A stretch of 20,996 nt of DNA from an uncultured bacterium (GTDB taxonomy: Bacteria > Actinomycetota > Acidimicrobiia > Spongiisociales > UBA5794), in the NCBI GenBank assembly GCA_963801165.1, contig CAWDDT010000008.1:1-20996 (forward strand), in the 5' to 3' direction. The position numbers and the translations under genes were made by a program. The notes beneath the pieces are model-generated. The model did not search any database, had not been told where the DNA came from, and was given only the letters and a program-made list of their open reading frames with translations. This document shows, piece after piece, positions 1-7,780 of this stretch (position 1 is its first letter; each line of letters begins with the position of its first letter).

Positions 1-86
1 AGCATGACATGGTGTGACGAAGTTGTGCCGGCACCTACACCGCTCGCATCGCAGCCCAATGCCTGGGGCTGTTGTCGCCACCACCC

Positions 87-128
87 AAAAAACCTAGAGC
101 CCTCGGGCGATTTCCACCTGAGGGCTCT
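87..128 (-). terminator. Intrinsic terminator-like hairpin downstream of tRNA 3' remnant
   Basis: AGAGCCCTCGGG (96-107) / CCTGAGGGCTCT (117-128) inverted repeat; A6 tract at 87-92 gives a U-tract on the minus strand; abuts the tRNA 3' end remnant. Confidence 0.75.
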
Positions 129-143
129 TCGTAGCGGGGGTAG
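128..143 (-). repeat. 16-bp tRNA-fMet 3' end remnant; left target-site duplication of the IS481 shell
   Basis: TTCGTAGCGGGGGTAG is identical to 6744-6759 and is immediately followed by the TGT IS end. Confidence 0.85.
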
Positions 144-218
144 TGTCGTGTTTCAGAACATAGGAAAGGTATGTCGCGGGACATAGGAACATCGGCTACG
201 CCCTGCTTGGGCGGGTCG

Positions 219-702
219 ATGTCGAAGGCACGTCTTGTCATCATGTCGGTTGTTGTCGAGGGCCGTTCCCAGGCGGATACGGCCCTCCTCTACGCGGTCT
301 CACCCGGCTGGGTATCGAAGCTGGTGGTCCGCTACCGCCTGGATGGGGATGCCGCGTTCGAGCCCAAGTCGCGGCGTCCCAAGACCTTCTCGAATGCCCT
401 AGATCCGGCAACTGTCGAGTTGATCGTCGAGCTGCGCCAACGCCGTGCCGGCGACGGTCTCGATTCCGGGCCGCACACGATTGCATGGCATCTCGAAAAA
501 GATCATTCGCTGGTGGTATCGCCAGCAACGATCTGGCGGCATCTCAAAGCTGCGGGACTGGCCACACCGCAGCCGAGGAAGCGTCCCAAAGCACCGTATG
601 TCAGGTTCCAAGCCGACCTACCCAACGAAATGTGGCAATCTGATTTCACCCACTGGCGCCTCGAAGACGGGACTGACGTTGAGGTCCTCGCCTTCATCGA
701 CT
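219..702 (+). pseudogene. IS481-family transposase, N-terminal part (HTH plus start of DDE core), truncated
   Basis: MSKARLVIMSVVVEGRS, HTH, SRRPK, GPHTIAWHL, PNEMWQSDFTHWRL; similarity ends at VLAFID, where DDHSR would be expected. Confidence 0.9.
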
Positions 703-744
703 ACCGACACGTCGCCGCGCTCTGGCACCGGCTGATGGGCGGTC

Positions 745-975
745 TGGCCGGCAGTGGATCGATTGGCATTTGACCACGGGCAGCGATCCGGTCCCTGAGT
801 ACAAGCGGGCAATCGGAACGGTGCATCTGAAGGACAAGTTCACTCACGCCGGTAGCGACCGACCTGATCGCGGCGCCGATAGTTGCGGAGTGTCCCATCA
901 CACTCGAGGCATCGGTGACAGCCATCCATCCGTTCCAATCCCACGACGCACATCTGGCGGTGATCGGGATCGGAC
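745..975 (+). pseudogene. Flavin reductase-family fragment, frameshifted
   Basis: Across frames: AVDRLA/LTTGSDPVPEYK...DKFTHAG/TPVATDLIAAPIVAECPITLEASV. Confidence 0.6.
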
Positions 976-1218
976 AGCGACGATCTGCTCCTGCTCGTGA
1001 ACGGCGTACTCGTGGTGAAGGTCGACGGCGAGCAGCTTGCTGAGGTCGGGCCAGGTGCCGTGCTCGGTGAACGTGCGCTGCTGGAGGGTGGGACCCGAAC
1101 CGCAACGCTGCGAGCGGTGACGGAGTGCAAGGTCGCCGCAGTGCCGGCGGACCAGGTCGACCGCGACAGGCTCGGCGTCGGCGGCCCTTCCGGGCCAACA
1201 GCAGCCGTACTCGCGTGA
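976..1218 (+). pseudogene. Cyclic nucleotide-binding domain C-terminal fragment
   Basis: LLVNGVLVVKVDGEQLAEVGPGAVLGERALLEGGTRTATLRAVTEC has the GE..R phosphate-binding cassette; no N-terminus. Confidence 0.7.
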
Positions 1219-1232
1219 ATTGTCGCACCGGT

Positions 1233-1259
1233 TGTCGATTTCGATGCGGCCGTTCGTAG
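1233..1259 (+). promoter_or_regulatory. Putative ECF sigma promoter (ECF42-like) for first DHFR-like gene
   Basis: TGTCGATTTCGA-N6-CGTTCGTAG; the same motif and spacing occur at 2435-2461. Confidence 0.6.
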
Positions 1260-1304
1260 TAGGGATAGACAGCGCATTCGGCGCTGCGAGAAGGAAGTTT
1301 AAGT

Positions 1305-1871
1305 ATGGGAAAGCTCATTGTTACCGAGTTCGTGTCTCTGGATGGGGTGATGCAGGCCCCGGGTGGTGAGGAATTCAAGTACGAGGCTTGGACGTTCGAC
1401 TTCGATCGTGGCGAGGACGGCAACCAGTTCAAGCTCGACGAGATCCTGGAAGCGGATGCCCACTTGCTCGGCCGTGTGACCTACGAGAGCTTCGCTGGAG
1501 CCTGGCCCAGTCGTGAGGGCCCGTTCGCCGAGAGGCTGAACAAGGATCCGAAGTACGTCGTGTCGACCACGCTCAAGAACCCCGAATGGACAAACGTGAC
1601 AGTCCTGGACAGCGGCGACGCCACCGCCCAGGTGGCGAAACTGAAGCAGGAGATCGACGGCACGATCCTGCTCGCCGGTAGCCGGCGGCTGGTCCAGGAA
1701 CTCCTGGGCGCCGATCTGGTCGACCAGATCAACTTGATGGTCTTCCCGGTCATCCTGGGCACGGGCGACCGAATGTTCGGCGAGATGAACGAAAAGACGA
1801 CGTGGAAGCTCGTCGAGTCGCGGCAGGTTGGATCCGACGGCGTTTTGGTGCAGAGCTACCGGCGCGCCTGA
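1305..1871 (+). CDS. Dihydrofolate reductase/RibD C-terminal family protein
   Basis: VSLDGVMQAPGG, LLGRVTYESFA, KYVVSTTL, GSRRLVQEL, LVDQINLMVFPVILGTG. Confidence 0.92.
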   Translation: MGKLIVTEFVSLDGVMQAPGGEEFKYEAWTFDFDRGEDGNQFKLDEILEADAHLLGRVTYESFAGAWPSREGPFAERLNKDPKYVVSTTLKNPEWTNVTVLDSGDATAQVAKLKQEIDGTILLAGSRRLVQELLGADLVDQINLMVFPVILGTGDRMFGEMNEKTTWKLVESRQVGSDGVLVQSYRRA

Positions 1872-2434
1872 GCGACGGGTCGGATCAGGACGGCCGATGC
1901 GCGGCTGCCGGGACATCTGCACCGAATCGATCGGGTCGGCCACTATGCGTTGGAGCCGCCGCGACTTGCGAACGTCGCCCTCGAGGCGAGCCAGCACCAC
2001 GTGACACCGACTTCAAGCGGTGCACGGGACTTCACGTCAACCCGACGCGCCGGTACCTCTCCCGACGCAAGTCGACAGGCTGGCCAAGCCCTACTGCCAT
2101 ACCGTCAGCGAACCGATGGCGAGGACGTGTCGAACTGCGGCTGGCGGAGATCGCAAGCGTCCGGTCCTGGTACTGGAGCTCTGTGATGTGCGCGCTTGCC
2201 ACGTGGTGCTCCGATCAACCGCCTGCGGCACCGAGACCTGCCCGGCCGGGCGCCATCACGGTGCCGGTTCGTTGATGCCGGTCCCGTTGTCCATGCCGCC
2301 GCCGCGGCGCGATGCGACGATCCCATCACTGTTGCGCCCACGCACCATCGGTTTCGGCCACATCGTCGGCTGGCTCGGTCGGTGTGTGTTTCCTCGTCGA
2401 CTGTCGATGTCGCAGGGGGCAGGCATGAATATGA

Positions 2435-2461
2435 TGTCGATTTCGACGGCGTCGTTCGTAG
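2435..2461 (+). promoter_or_regulatory. Putative ECF sigma promoter (ECF42-like) for second DHFR-like gene
   Basis: TGTCGATTTCGA-N6-CGTTCGTAG, matching 1233-1259. Confidence 0.6.
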
Positions 2462-2537
2462 AGAGGGCAGCGGGTTCACCTCGCCGCCGATCGGCGACAC
2501 CGGTTCGGCCCACGACTCACTCACGGAAGAGAGCATC

Positions 2538-3122
2538 ATGACCGCCACCTACACCTTCGATGTCTTTTGCAGCCTCGACGGCTTCGGAGCCGCTACCGGC
2601 GACTGGAGCGGCTATTGGGGTAAGCAAGGTCCCGAGCTGCTCGATCACCGTCTCGCCACCTATCGCCAGGACCAGCTCCTGGTTCTCGGGGCGAACACCT
2701 ACCGGCTTTTTGCCCAGCTACTGGCGGCGAGCACCGACGAGTCAGACGTGAGCGACCCGTGGGTCAAGCAGATGCGCAGCTTGCCGACAATGGTGGTGTC
2801 GAACACCCTGCCGCGACCGCTCGACGCGTGGCCGGACGCGACCATCGCTGCGGGTAACGCCCTCGACGTCGTCAGGCAACTCAAGGAACAGTCCACCACA
2901 CCGCTGCGGTCCCACGGCAGCTTGTCGATGAACCGGGCACTCATGTCCGCCGATCTGGTCGACGTCGTCCAGGTCACCGTCTTCCCGGTGATCACCGGCC
3001 GATCCGGCGTCGAGCCGATCTTCGAGGGCGCCGCCGACTTCGACCTCGAGCTGATCGAACAGCGAACCCTCGATGGGCACATACAAGAGCTGCTCTACCA
3101 CCCCACCCTCCACGAAGCCTGA
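2538..3122 (+). CDS. Dihydrofolate reductase/RibD C-terminal family protein
   Basis: Start moved to ATG 2538 (MTATYTFDVFCSLDG); GANTYR, VVSNTL, HGSLSMNRAL, VFPVITG. Confidence 0.9.
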   Translation: MTATYTFDVFCSLDGFGAATGDWSGYWGKQGPELLDHRLATYRQDQLLVLGANTYRLFAQLLAASTDESDVSDPWVKQMRSLPTMVVSNTLPRPLDAWPDATIAAGNALDVVRQLKEQSTTPLRSHGSLSMNRALMSADLVDVVQVTVFPVITGRSGVEPIFEGAADFDLELIEQRTLDGHIQELLYHPTLHEA

Positions 3123-3384
3123 TGGGTCAAGCCGCATTGATATCTGATGCTTAGGATCTATCGCACGTCAAAGGACTCGCCGGCAGCCAGCCGCACGCAC
3201 CCAGCGAAACGTTGGCAAGCAGCGCTACCGCGTTTTCGAGGCACCCCAAGTGCTCGAGCTCTTCACATAGTTAGAGCGTGCCCTCGCGAGCCCAACCGGC
3301 GACAGCGCAGCCGAACCACCGATCCGGCCGGTGCCAAGACGCTGAAATTGTGCGGAGGTTTCGGTCGTCCAAACAGCGATTCAG

Positions 3385-3538
3385 CGTAGGTAAACAACTC
3401 GGCCGTATCGAGACCGCGGGCAGCGTCGAAATCGTCCGATCGGGTGCCGACCTTCCATGCGGTGTAGCCGTCGTGCGCGGCGAGCCACTCGGCGATGTGC
3501 GACTCGAATGCCGCCTCGTCCGGATTCCATTCTGTCAC
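3385..3538 (-). pseudogene. hsdR: Type I restriction enzyme R subunit N-terminal fragment
   Basis: GTG start after a G-rich RBS; EAAFESHIAEWLAAHDGY...DFDAARGLDTAELFTY resembles HsdR N-termini; breaks off after about 50 codons; downstream of an hsdS remnant. Confidence 0.65.
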
Positions 3539-3633
3539 CCCCCTTGCTCCGATCAACTGGAATACCACACCTGGGGGCGAGCCGCCATTCCAGTAATCGC
3601 CGCATTTCTGGAATAGGACCTGGGGTGGATCGA

Positions 3634-4917
3634 TCATGTCCGGCCATTCTGGTCTGAAGGTAACCCGGTGCCACCCCACAACGCCGACACGGGGGTCGCC
3701 CAGATCCTGTCGTCGAGTTGGACCGTGAGCGGGCCCGTGTGAAACACCACGCCCGCAACCAACCGATCCCCAAGCCTGTCACGAAGGAATCTCAGCCCTT
3801 TGCCGTCGGATCGATTCACCGCTGCTGCCGACTTGACCTCGACAGCGACCACCGACCCGTCGGATCGTTCCACGACCAAGTCCACCTCGACGCCGGTCCG
3901 GTCCCGGAAATGCGCCAGAGCCAATGGTTCGTCGATCATGGCCGCTTGCTTGATCAGCTCCGTCACAACGAACGACTCGAGAAACGAGCCGCCCACCGGC
4001 ATCCGACCGAGACGAGCAGCATCAAAGCCCAGGACCGATGCCGCCAGACCGGTGTCCGTCACATGCAGCTTCGGCTTGCGGCCCACCCGGGCGGACAGCC
4101 CCACAGTCCAAGACGGGAGCTCATGAACCAGGTAGGTCCGGTCCAGCAGATCGAGGTAAGAGCGTGTCGTCTGCGGTTTCACGTCGAGGCGCCTTGCCAT
4201 TTCGGCCATCGTCACCACCGTTGCAGTCCGCTCAGCCGCCAACCGGTAGAGGCGGCTGATCGCCCCCGGGTTCCGGATATCAACGTGGGTCGGCAGATCC
4301 CGATCGGCCACCGTCGACACATAGCTTGCGAACCAGCGATGCCGGAGCCTCAGCGTTGGTCTCTCCAGAGCGCCGGGATACCCACCGGCGGCAACGAGCT
4401 CGAACACACCGTCACGATCCACCTCGGACCTCACATTTGGCGGCTCCCCGGCGTCGAGGGTCTCGGCGAGCCACTGGGTCGGCACTCCGAGCACCTCTCC
4501 GGCAGAAAGCGGCAACAAGGTGACTCGATTAACCCGCCCCGTCAGCGTCTCGGTGCCCGTAGGAAGCAGCCGACCACTCACAGAACCGGCCACCAGGAAC
4601 CTCGCCTGCCCACCTTGGCGGTCGACCACGCGTTTGACAACCGACAGGACACCCGGTGCGTATTGGAACTCGTCGATCACCACCAGATCCGATGAGACAA
4701 GCGGAGTAGTGGAGCCCTCCAAGATCGCCGCACGGGTCGGAAGATCGTCCAGATCCACTATCGCCACGCCATACTCAGCGGCAATCGCTCGAAGCACCGT
4801 CGACTTACCCGAACCACGAGGACCCTCGATCAAGACGGCCGGCTCCTCAGACACCAGCATCCGAATGTGAGCGTCCGCCAGACGGGGCACTATCCGTGAC
4901 AGTGCAATCAACACCAC
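3634..4917 (-). CDS. AAA_14 ATPase with DUF4143 and C-terminal PD-(D/E)xK-like domain
   Basis: Walker A GPRGSGKST, Walker B VVIDEFQ, AGS, LTGR, GGYP, KLHVTDTGL, EVDLVV...VAVEVK; exact start uncertain (4917/4914/4911). Confidence 0.9.
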   Translation of the reverse strand: MVLIALSRIVPRLADAHIRMLVSEEPAVLIEGPRGSGKSTVLRAIAAEYGVAIVDLDDLPTRAAILEGSTTPLVSSDLVVIDEFQYAPGVLSVVKRVVDRQGGQARFLVAGSVSGRLLPTGTETLTGRVNRVTLLPLSAGEVLGVPTQWLAETLDAGEPPNVRSEVDRDGVFELVAAGGYPGALERPTLRLRHRWFASYVSTVADRDLPTHVDIRNPGAISRLYRLAAERTATVVTMAEMARRLDVKPQTTRSYLDLLDRTYLVHELPSWTVGLSARVGRKPKLHVTDTGLAASVLGFDAARLGRMPVGGSFLESFVVTELIKQAAMIDEPLALAHFRDRTGVEVDLVVERSDGSVVAVEVKSAAAVNRSDGKGLRFLRDRLGDRLVAGVVFHTGPLTVQLDDRIWATPVSALWGGTGLPSDQNGRT

Positions 4918-4924
4918 TCCTCAG

Positions 4925-4989
4925 CCCTAGGGGCAGTTTCGCACACACCCTAGCGGCAGTTTCGCACACACCCTAGCGGCAGTTTCGCA
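4925..4989. repeat. 23-bp tandem repeat x2.8 directly upstream of the AAA-DUF4143 gene
   Basis: CCCTAG(G/C)GGCAGTTTCGCACACA at 4925-4947, 4948-4970, partial 4971-4989. Confidence 0.95.
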
Positions 4990-5119
4990 AGAGAGTCGAT
5001 GGCGCAGATCGGCCAGTAGCCCCGACAGACAGCGAAAACGTCCCGACCCAGACCGCGTTTTCGTCCCGCCGCCAACCGGCGGCAAGGTCTGCAACGCGAC
5101 TAGAACCATCCTTTGAGAA

Positions 5120-5641
5120 GTCGAGGTGACCGCATCTCCCCTCGTTGTCTCTTCCTGGTCAACCTCGGCCGGATCCAAGCCGACGGGTACCCACGCAAGG
5201 AGCTGCTCGTGATCCGAGTGGTCGGGTTGGCCAAGACCCCCAGCAGCTCGGCATAGCCTCCGGGACCGTCGCAGTCTTCGGGTGGGCAGGCTCGCCGGAC
5301 GGAATACTTGGCACCTTGCTCGAGGGCACTGATCGCGCCCCTAGCACGTCATGCTCCCAGCCGTCCCCGAAGTCGTAGTCCCACCGCATCTTCATCCCCA
5401 CATCGGGCAGCACATCTCCGAGCCGGACCCGGTTCTCGTCGAGATCGTCCGATGGCCACTCCGGCTCGGGGGTCCCGTACCGCCTTCGGTCCACCTCAAA
5501 GACGTGAAAGTGGCCACCCAGGCTCCCCATCGCTGCCTCCAACTCCCCTAGAGCTAGATGGGACTCGACGACGATCCGGCGCCACGCCGGCGGCTTCACC
5601 TGACGAAGCGTCACCCTCAACTGATGAACGGTCTCAGTCAT
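5120..5641 (-). pseudogene. Plasmid pRiA4b ORF-3 family protein, frameshifted
   Basis: QLRVTLRQVKPPAWRRIVV, HFHVF, YDFGDGWEH, then in another frame RACPPEDCDGPGGYAELL. Confidence 0.85.
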
Positions 5642-5659
5642 GACGGCTGTTCGGCGATC

Positions 5660-5900
5660 GTGTGCGCAAACGTCGAGCTCGCCGGTGACGGCGGTCGTGA
5701 TCAGCGCCTGCCGATGTTCGGCAAGTAGGTCGATCTGCTTCGCGAGCATCAATGTTGCGCGCTGACAGATTGAAGTCAGCTCATCGAGAATCCGGCGAGT
5801 CGAATCTGGACCTCGATGTCGTGCACAGGGATGGTGACTCGGCCCAGGTCCCAGATTCGCCAGGAGCGATGTCCATACGATTCGATCGATCTCGCACGCG
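5660..5900 (-). pseudogene. hsdS: Type I RM specificity subunit C-terminal fragment
   Basis: TIPVHDIEVQIRLAGF / LDE...QIDLLAEHRQALITTAVTGELDV across a frameshift matches the HsdS conserved C-terminal helix; 5' boundary approximate. Confidence 0.8.
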
Positions 5901-6035
5901 AGCCGCTCCCTGAGCCACGACGTGACCTCATCACAAGCCGTCCCCTCGCCAAGCGTGGCACTCCTGGGAGGGCCTCGCCGATGCAATGGACGTCCTCGCT
6001 CGGTTGCGGGTCGAGTGGCGTCCGGAGCTGCCGGC

Positions 6036-6467
6036 TCAAGCTGGTTCCAGCACGACGACCGGAATGGGTCGGTCTGTGACTGCCGCGTAACCGGCATAGT
6101 CGTCGGCAGCCTCAACGGCCTTTTGCCAGATCTCCTCGAACTCGGCACCGGCCGCGAAACGGGCCCTCACATCACTCCAGGTACCGTCGCGTCGGATGCG
6201 GGCGCCGGGGTGGGCACGGAGGTTTTTCACCCACGCCGGATCATAGGAAGCACCGGCGTTGGATCCGATGACCGCCGGTCCGCGAGCAGTACTCACGTAC
6301 CAGATCAGAATGCCTCTCTCCTGACCCGACCTGTGGCCGATCGTCACGAGCTCCAGGACCGGCATACCGCTGACACGCCGACCCAACCGCCCACCGGAGA
6401 GGTTCCAAACGAGCTTGTGGAGCCTCCACTGCATTCTCAGAAACCGACGCGACGAAGTACTGCTCAT
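6036..6467 (-). CDS. F420-dependent nitroreductase (Ddn/DUF385 family)
   Basis: PVLELVTIGHRSGQER, GSNAGA..DPAWVKNLRAHP, YAGYA..TDRPIPVVVLEP; start set at ATG 6467. Confidence 0.9.
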   Translation of the reverse strand: MSSTSSRRFLRMQWRLHKLVWNLSGGRLGRRVSGMPVLELVTIGHRSGQERGILIWYVSTARGPAVIGSNAGASYDPAWVKNLRAHPGARIRRDGTWSDVRARFAAGAEFEEIWQKAVEAADDYAGYAAVTDRPIPVVVLEPA

Positions 6468-6514
6468 GTAGACACGGTAGCGCCCCGCAACCCGCGGCGG
6501 CCTCAATCAACTGT

Positions 6515-6578
6515 GACCACTGGCCACCAACGGGCAGCAACATGGCCGCCACTAGGCAGAATCTCATGGCCGCCGACA
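6515..6578 (-). mobile_element. Orphan IS21-family terminal repeat region
   Basis: Minus strand TGTCGGCGGCCATGAGATTCTGCCTAGTGGCGGCCATGTTGCTGCCCGTTGGTGGCCA: TGT tip with reiterated GGCGGCCA..CTGCC units; no istA/istB. Confidence 0.7.
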
Positions 6579-6710
6579 GCGCAAGTGCTCATCAACGAAC
6601 TCGACATCCACATCATCAGCACCCAAACCGGCGAGATCATCCGCCACCTCACCCTCAACCCCAGCATCGATTACCAACCCCAACCACACAACAAAACCCC
6701 CAAACCATAG
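6579..6710 (+). pseudogene. IS481-family transposase C-terminal fragment
   Basis: VLINELDIHIISTQTGEIIRHLTLNPSIDYQP, typical tail of actinobacterial IS481 transposases; followed by the right IR. Confidence 0.8.
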
Positions 6711-6743
6711 GTTCAAGGGTTTCCAATGTCTCGCGACATCACA

Positions 6744-6789
<46 letters not shown>

Positions 6790-6801
6790 GAGTTTGGGGT
6801 G

Positions 6802-6914
6802 TTCGCTGAGCTGGGGAAACACGCGAAACGCCAATAAACACGGGCGCTATTGGTTCGCATCATTTCGCGTCATTTCCCGTCCTGTCCCATTCTCCCGCGC
6901 GATGGACGCGCGAT
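6802..6914. repeat. att arm region with 10-bp phased repeats and an 11-bp-period arm-like doublet
   Basis: TTCGCATCAT/TTCGCGTCAT/TTCCCGTCCT/GTCCCATTCT (6854-6893); CCGCGCGATGGACGCGCGAT (6895-6914) identical to 20908-20927; colinear similarity to 19381-19468. Confidence 0.7.
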
Positions 6915-6947
6915 CGGGGGAGCCAAGAAACCGGCGTGGGCCTCTTC

Positions 6948-6974
6948 CTCAGCTTGTCTCAGCTTCTCCACAGG
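6948..6974 (+). promoter_or_regulatory. Putative OmpR-family operator upstream of PepSY gene
   Basis: CTCAGC, CTCAGC, CACAGG at 10-11 bp spacing; same motif upstream of the response regulator. Confidence 0.5.
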
Positions 6975-7041
6975 CGGTTTGGAGCACGCTGTCGCCGAGA
7001 CGACCCCACAGGGGGGTCAACAGAGCCAGGAGGTTCTCCAC

Positions 7042-7713
7042 ATGAATACTGAGAAGAAACCGAAGAAGAGGCTGTACAGCCTCGCCGCCGCGATCGGACT
7101 CGCCTTGGGCACCATGGGCGTCGCCGCCGCGGCTAGCACGCCGTCCCAGCCGGCTTCGGCCGTCACAACGGCACAGCAGCAGTCGACGGCATCGACCACC
7201 GACAAGGCGGCTACCTCGGCCGACCAGACCACCGAGGCCGAGTCCTCAGGAAGCGACGGAGTTCAGGACCCGACGCTGAGCGGGTCCATCCAGGCTCCCG
7301 AGAGCACCTCGGGGTCGGAGGCTGATGAGGCCACCGCGCTCGAGGCTCTGGCGACGATCAGCTCGTCGGATGCCGAGTCTGCGGCGCTGGCTGCGGTGCC
7401 TGGCGGCACGGTGAATTCGGTCGAGCCCGGCAACGAGAACGGCAGTGTCGTCTACCAGGTCGACATGACCGATGCCGCCGGCCAGGCGGTCGAGGTGAAG
7501 GTGGATGCCGGAAGCGGTGACGTGCTTTCCACCGCGGCCGCAGACAACGAGGTCAGCGAGGCGGAAGGCAGCGACACCGAGGCCGAGACGTCCGGCGATG
7601 AGGCAACTGATGGTGTCGACCGCCAGTTCGAAGGCGAAGAGGTCGGCAACAACGGCGACGGCATCCCCGACGCCAACGAAGGAGCTGAGACCGAAGCCGG
7701 AACAAACGGCTGA
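7042..7713 (+). CDS. Secreted acidic PepSY-domain protein
   Basis: AGGAGG RBS at 7028-7033; signal peptide; ATISSSDAESAALAAVPGGTV...VYQVDM...EVKVDAGSGDVL. Confidence 0.85.
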   Translation: MNTEKKPKKRLYSLAAAIGLALGTMGVAAAASTPSQPASAVTTAQQQSTASTTDKAATSADQTTEAESSGSDGVQDPTLSGSIQAPESTSGSEADEATALEALATISSSDAESAALAAVPGGTVNSVEPGNENGSVVYQVDMTDAAGQAVEVKVDAGSGDVLSTAAADNEVSEAEGSDTEAETSGDEATDGVDRQFEGEEVGNNGDGIPDANEGAETEAGTNG

Positions 7714-7741
7714 TCAGCTCAAACCCATCCTGCCACCTGGT

Positions 7742-7769
7742 AGCGCCGGACCCGGCTGGGTCCGGCGCT
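7742..7769. terminator. Hairpin between convergent genes
   Basis: AGCGCCGGACCC-GGCT-GGGTCCGGCGCT, perfect 12-bp stem. Confidence 0.7.
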
Positions 7770-7780
7770 GCTGTAGGCGG

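Larger units (their letters stand above)
144..6743 (+). mobile_element. IS481-family shell with internal cargo (non-autonomous/disrupted)
   Basis: Left end TGTCGTGTTTCAGAACATAGGAAAGGTATGTCGCGGGACATAGGAAC; right end reads TGTGATGTCGCGAGACATTGGAAAC on the minus strand; transposase N- and C-terminal pieces lie just inside each end; 16-bp flanking direct repeat. Confidence 0.8.

Noticed and set aside
3-30. TGTGACG/TGTGCCG doublet as arm sites of a further island
   Set aside because: Weak match at the window edge with no partner visible
1880-2430. Possible gene between the DHFR-like genes
   Set aside because: No recognisable motif in any frame; may be a decayed fragment, needs BLASTX
4925-4989. 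CRISPR array
   Set aside because: Repeats are contiguous with no spacers; no cas genes
5159-6148. 329-aa ORF as a novel HsdS-pRiA4b fusion
   Set aside because: Accidental read-through of frameshifted remnants; its N-terminus is an off-frame overlap with the nitroreductase
5922-6710. 262-aa plus-strand ORF
   Set aside because: Mostly antisense to the Ddn-like gene; only the last ~43 codons are real (IS481 tail)
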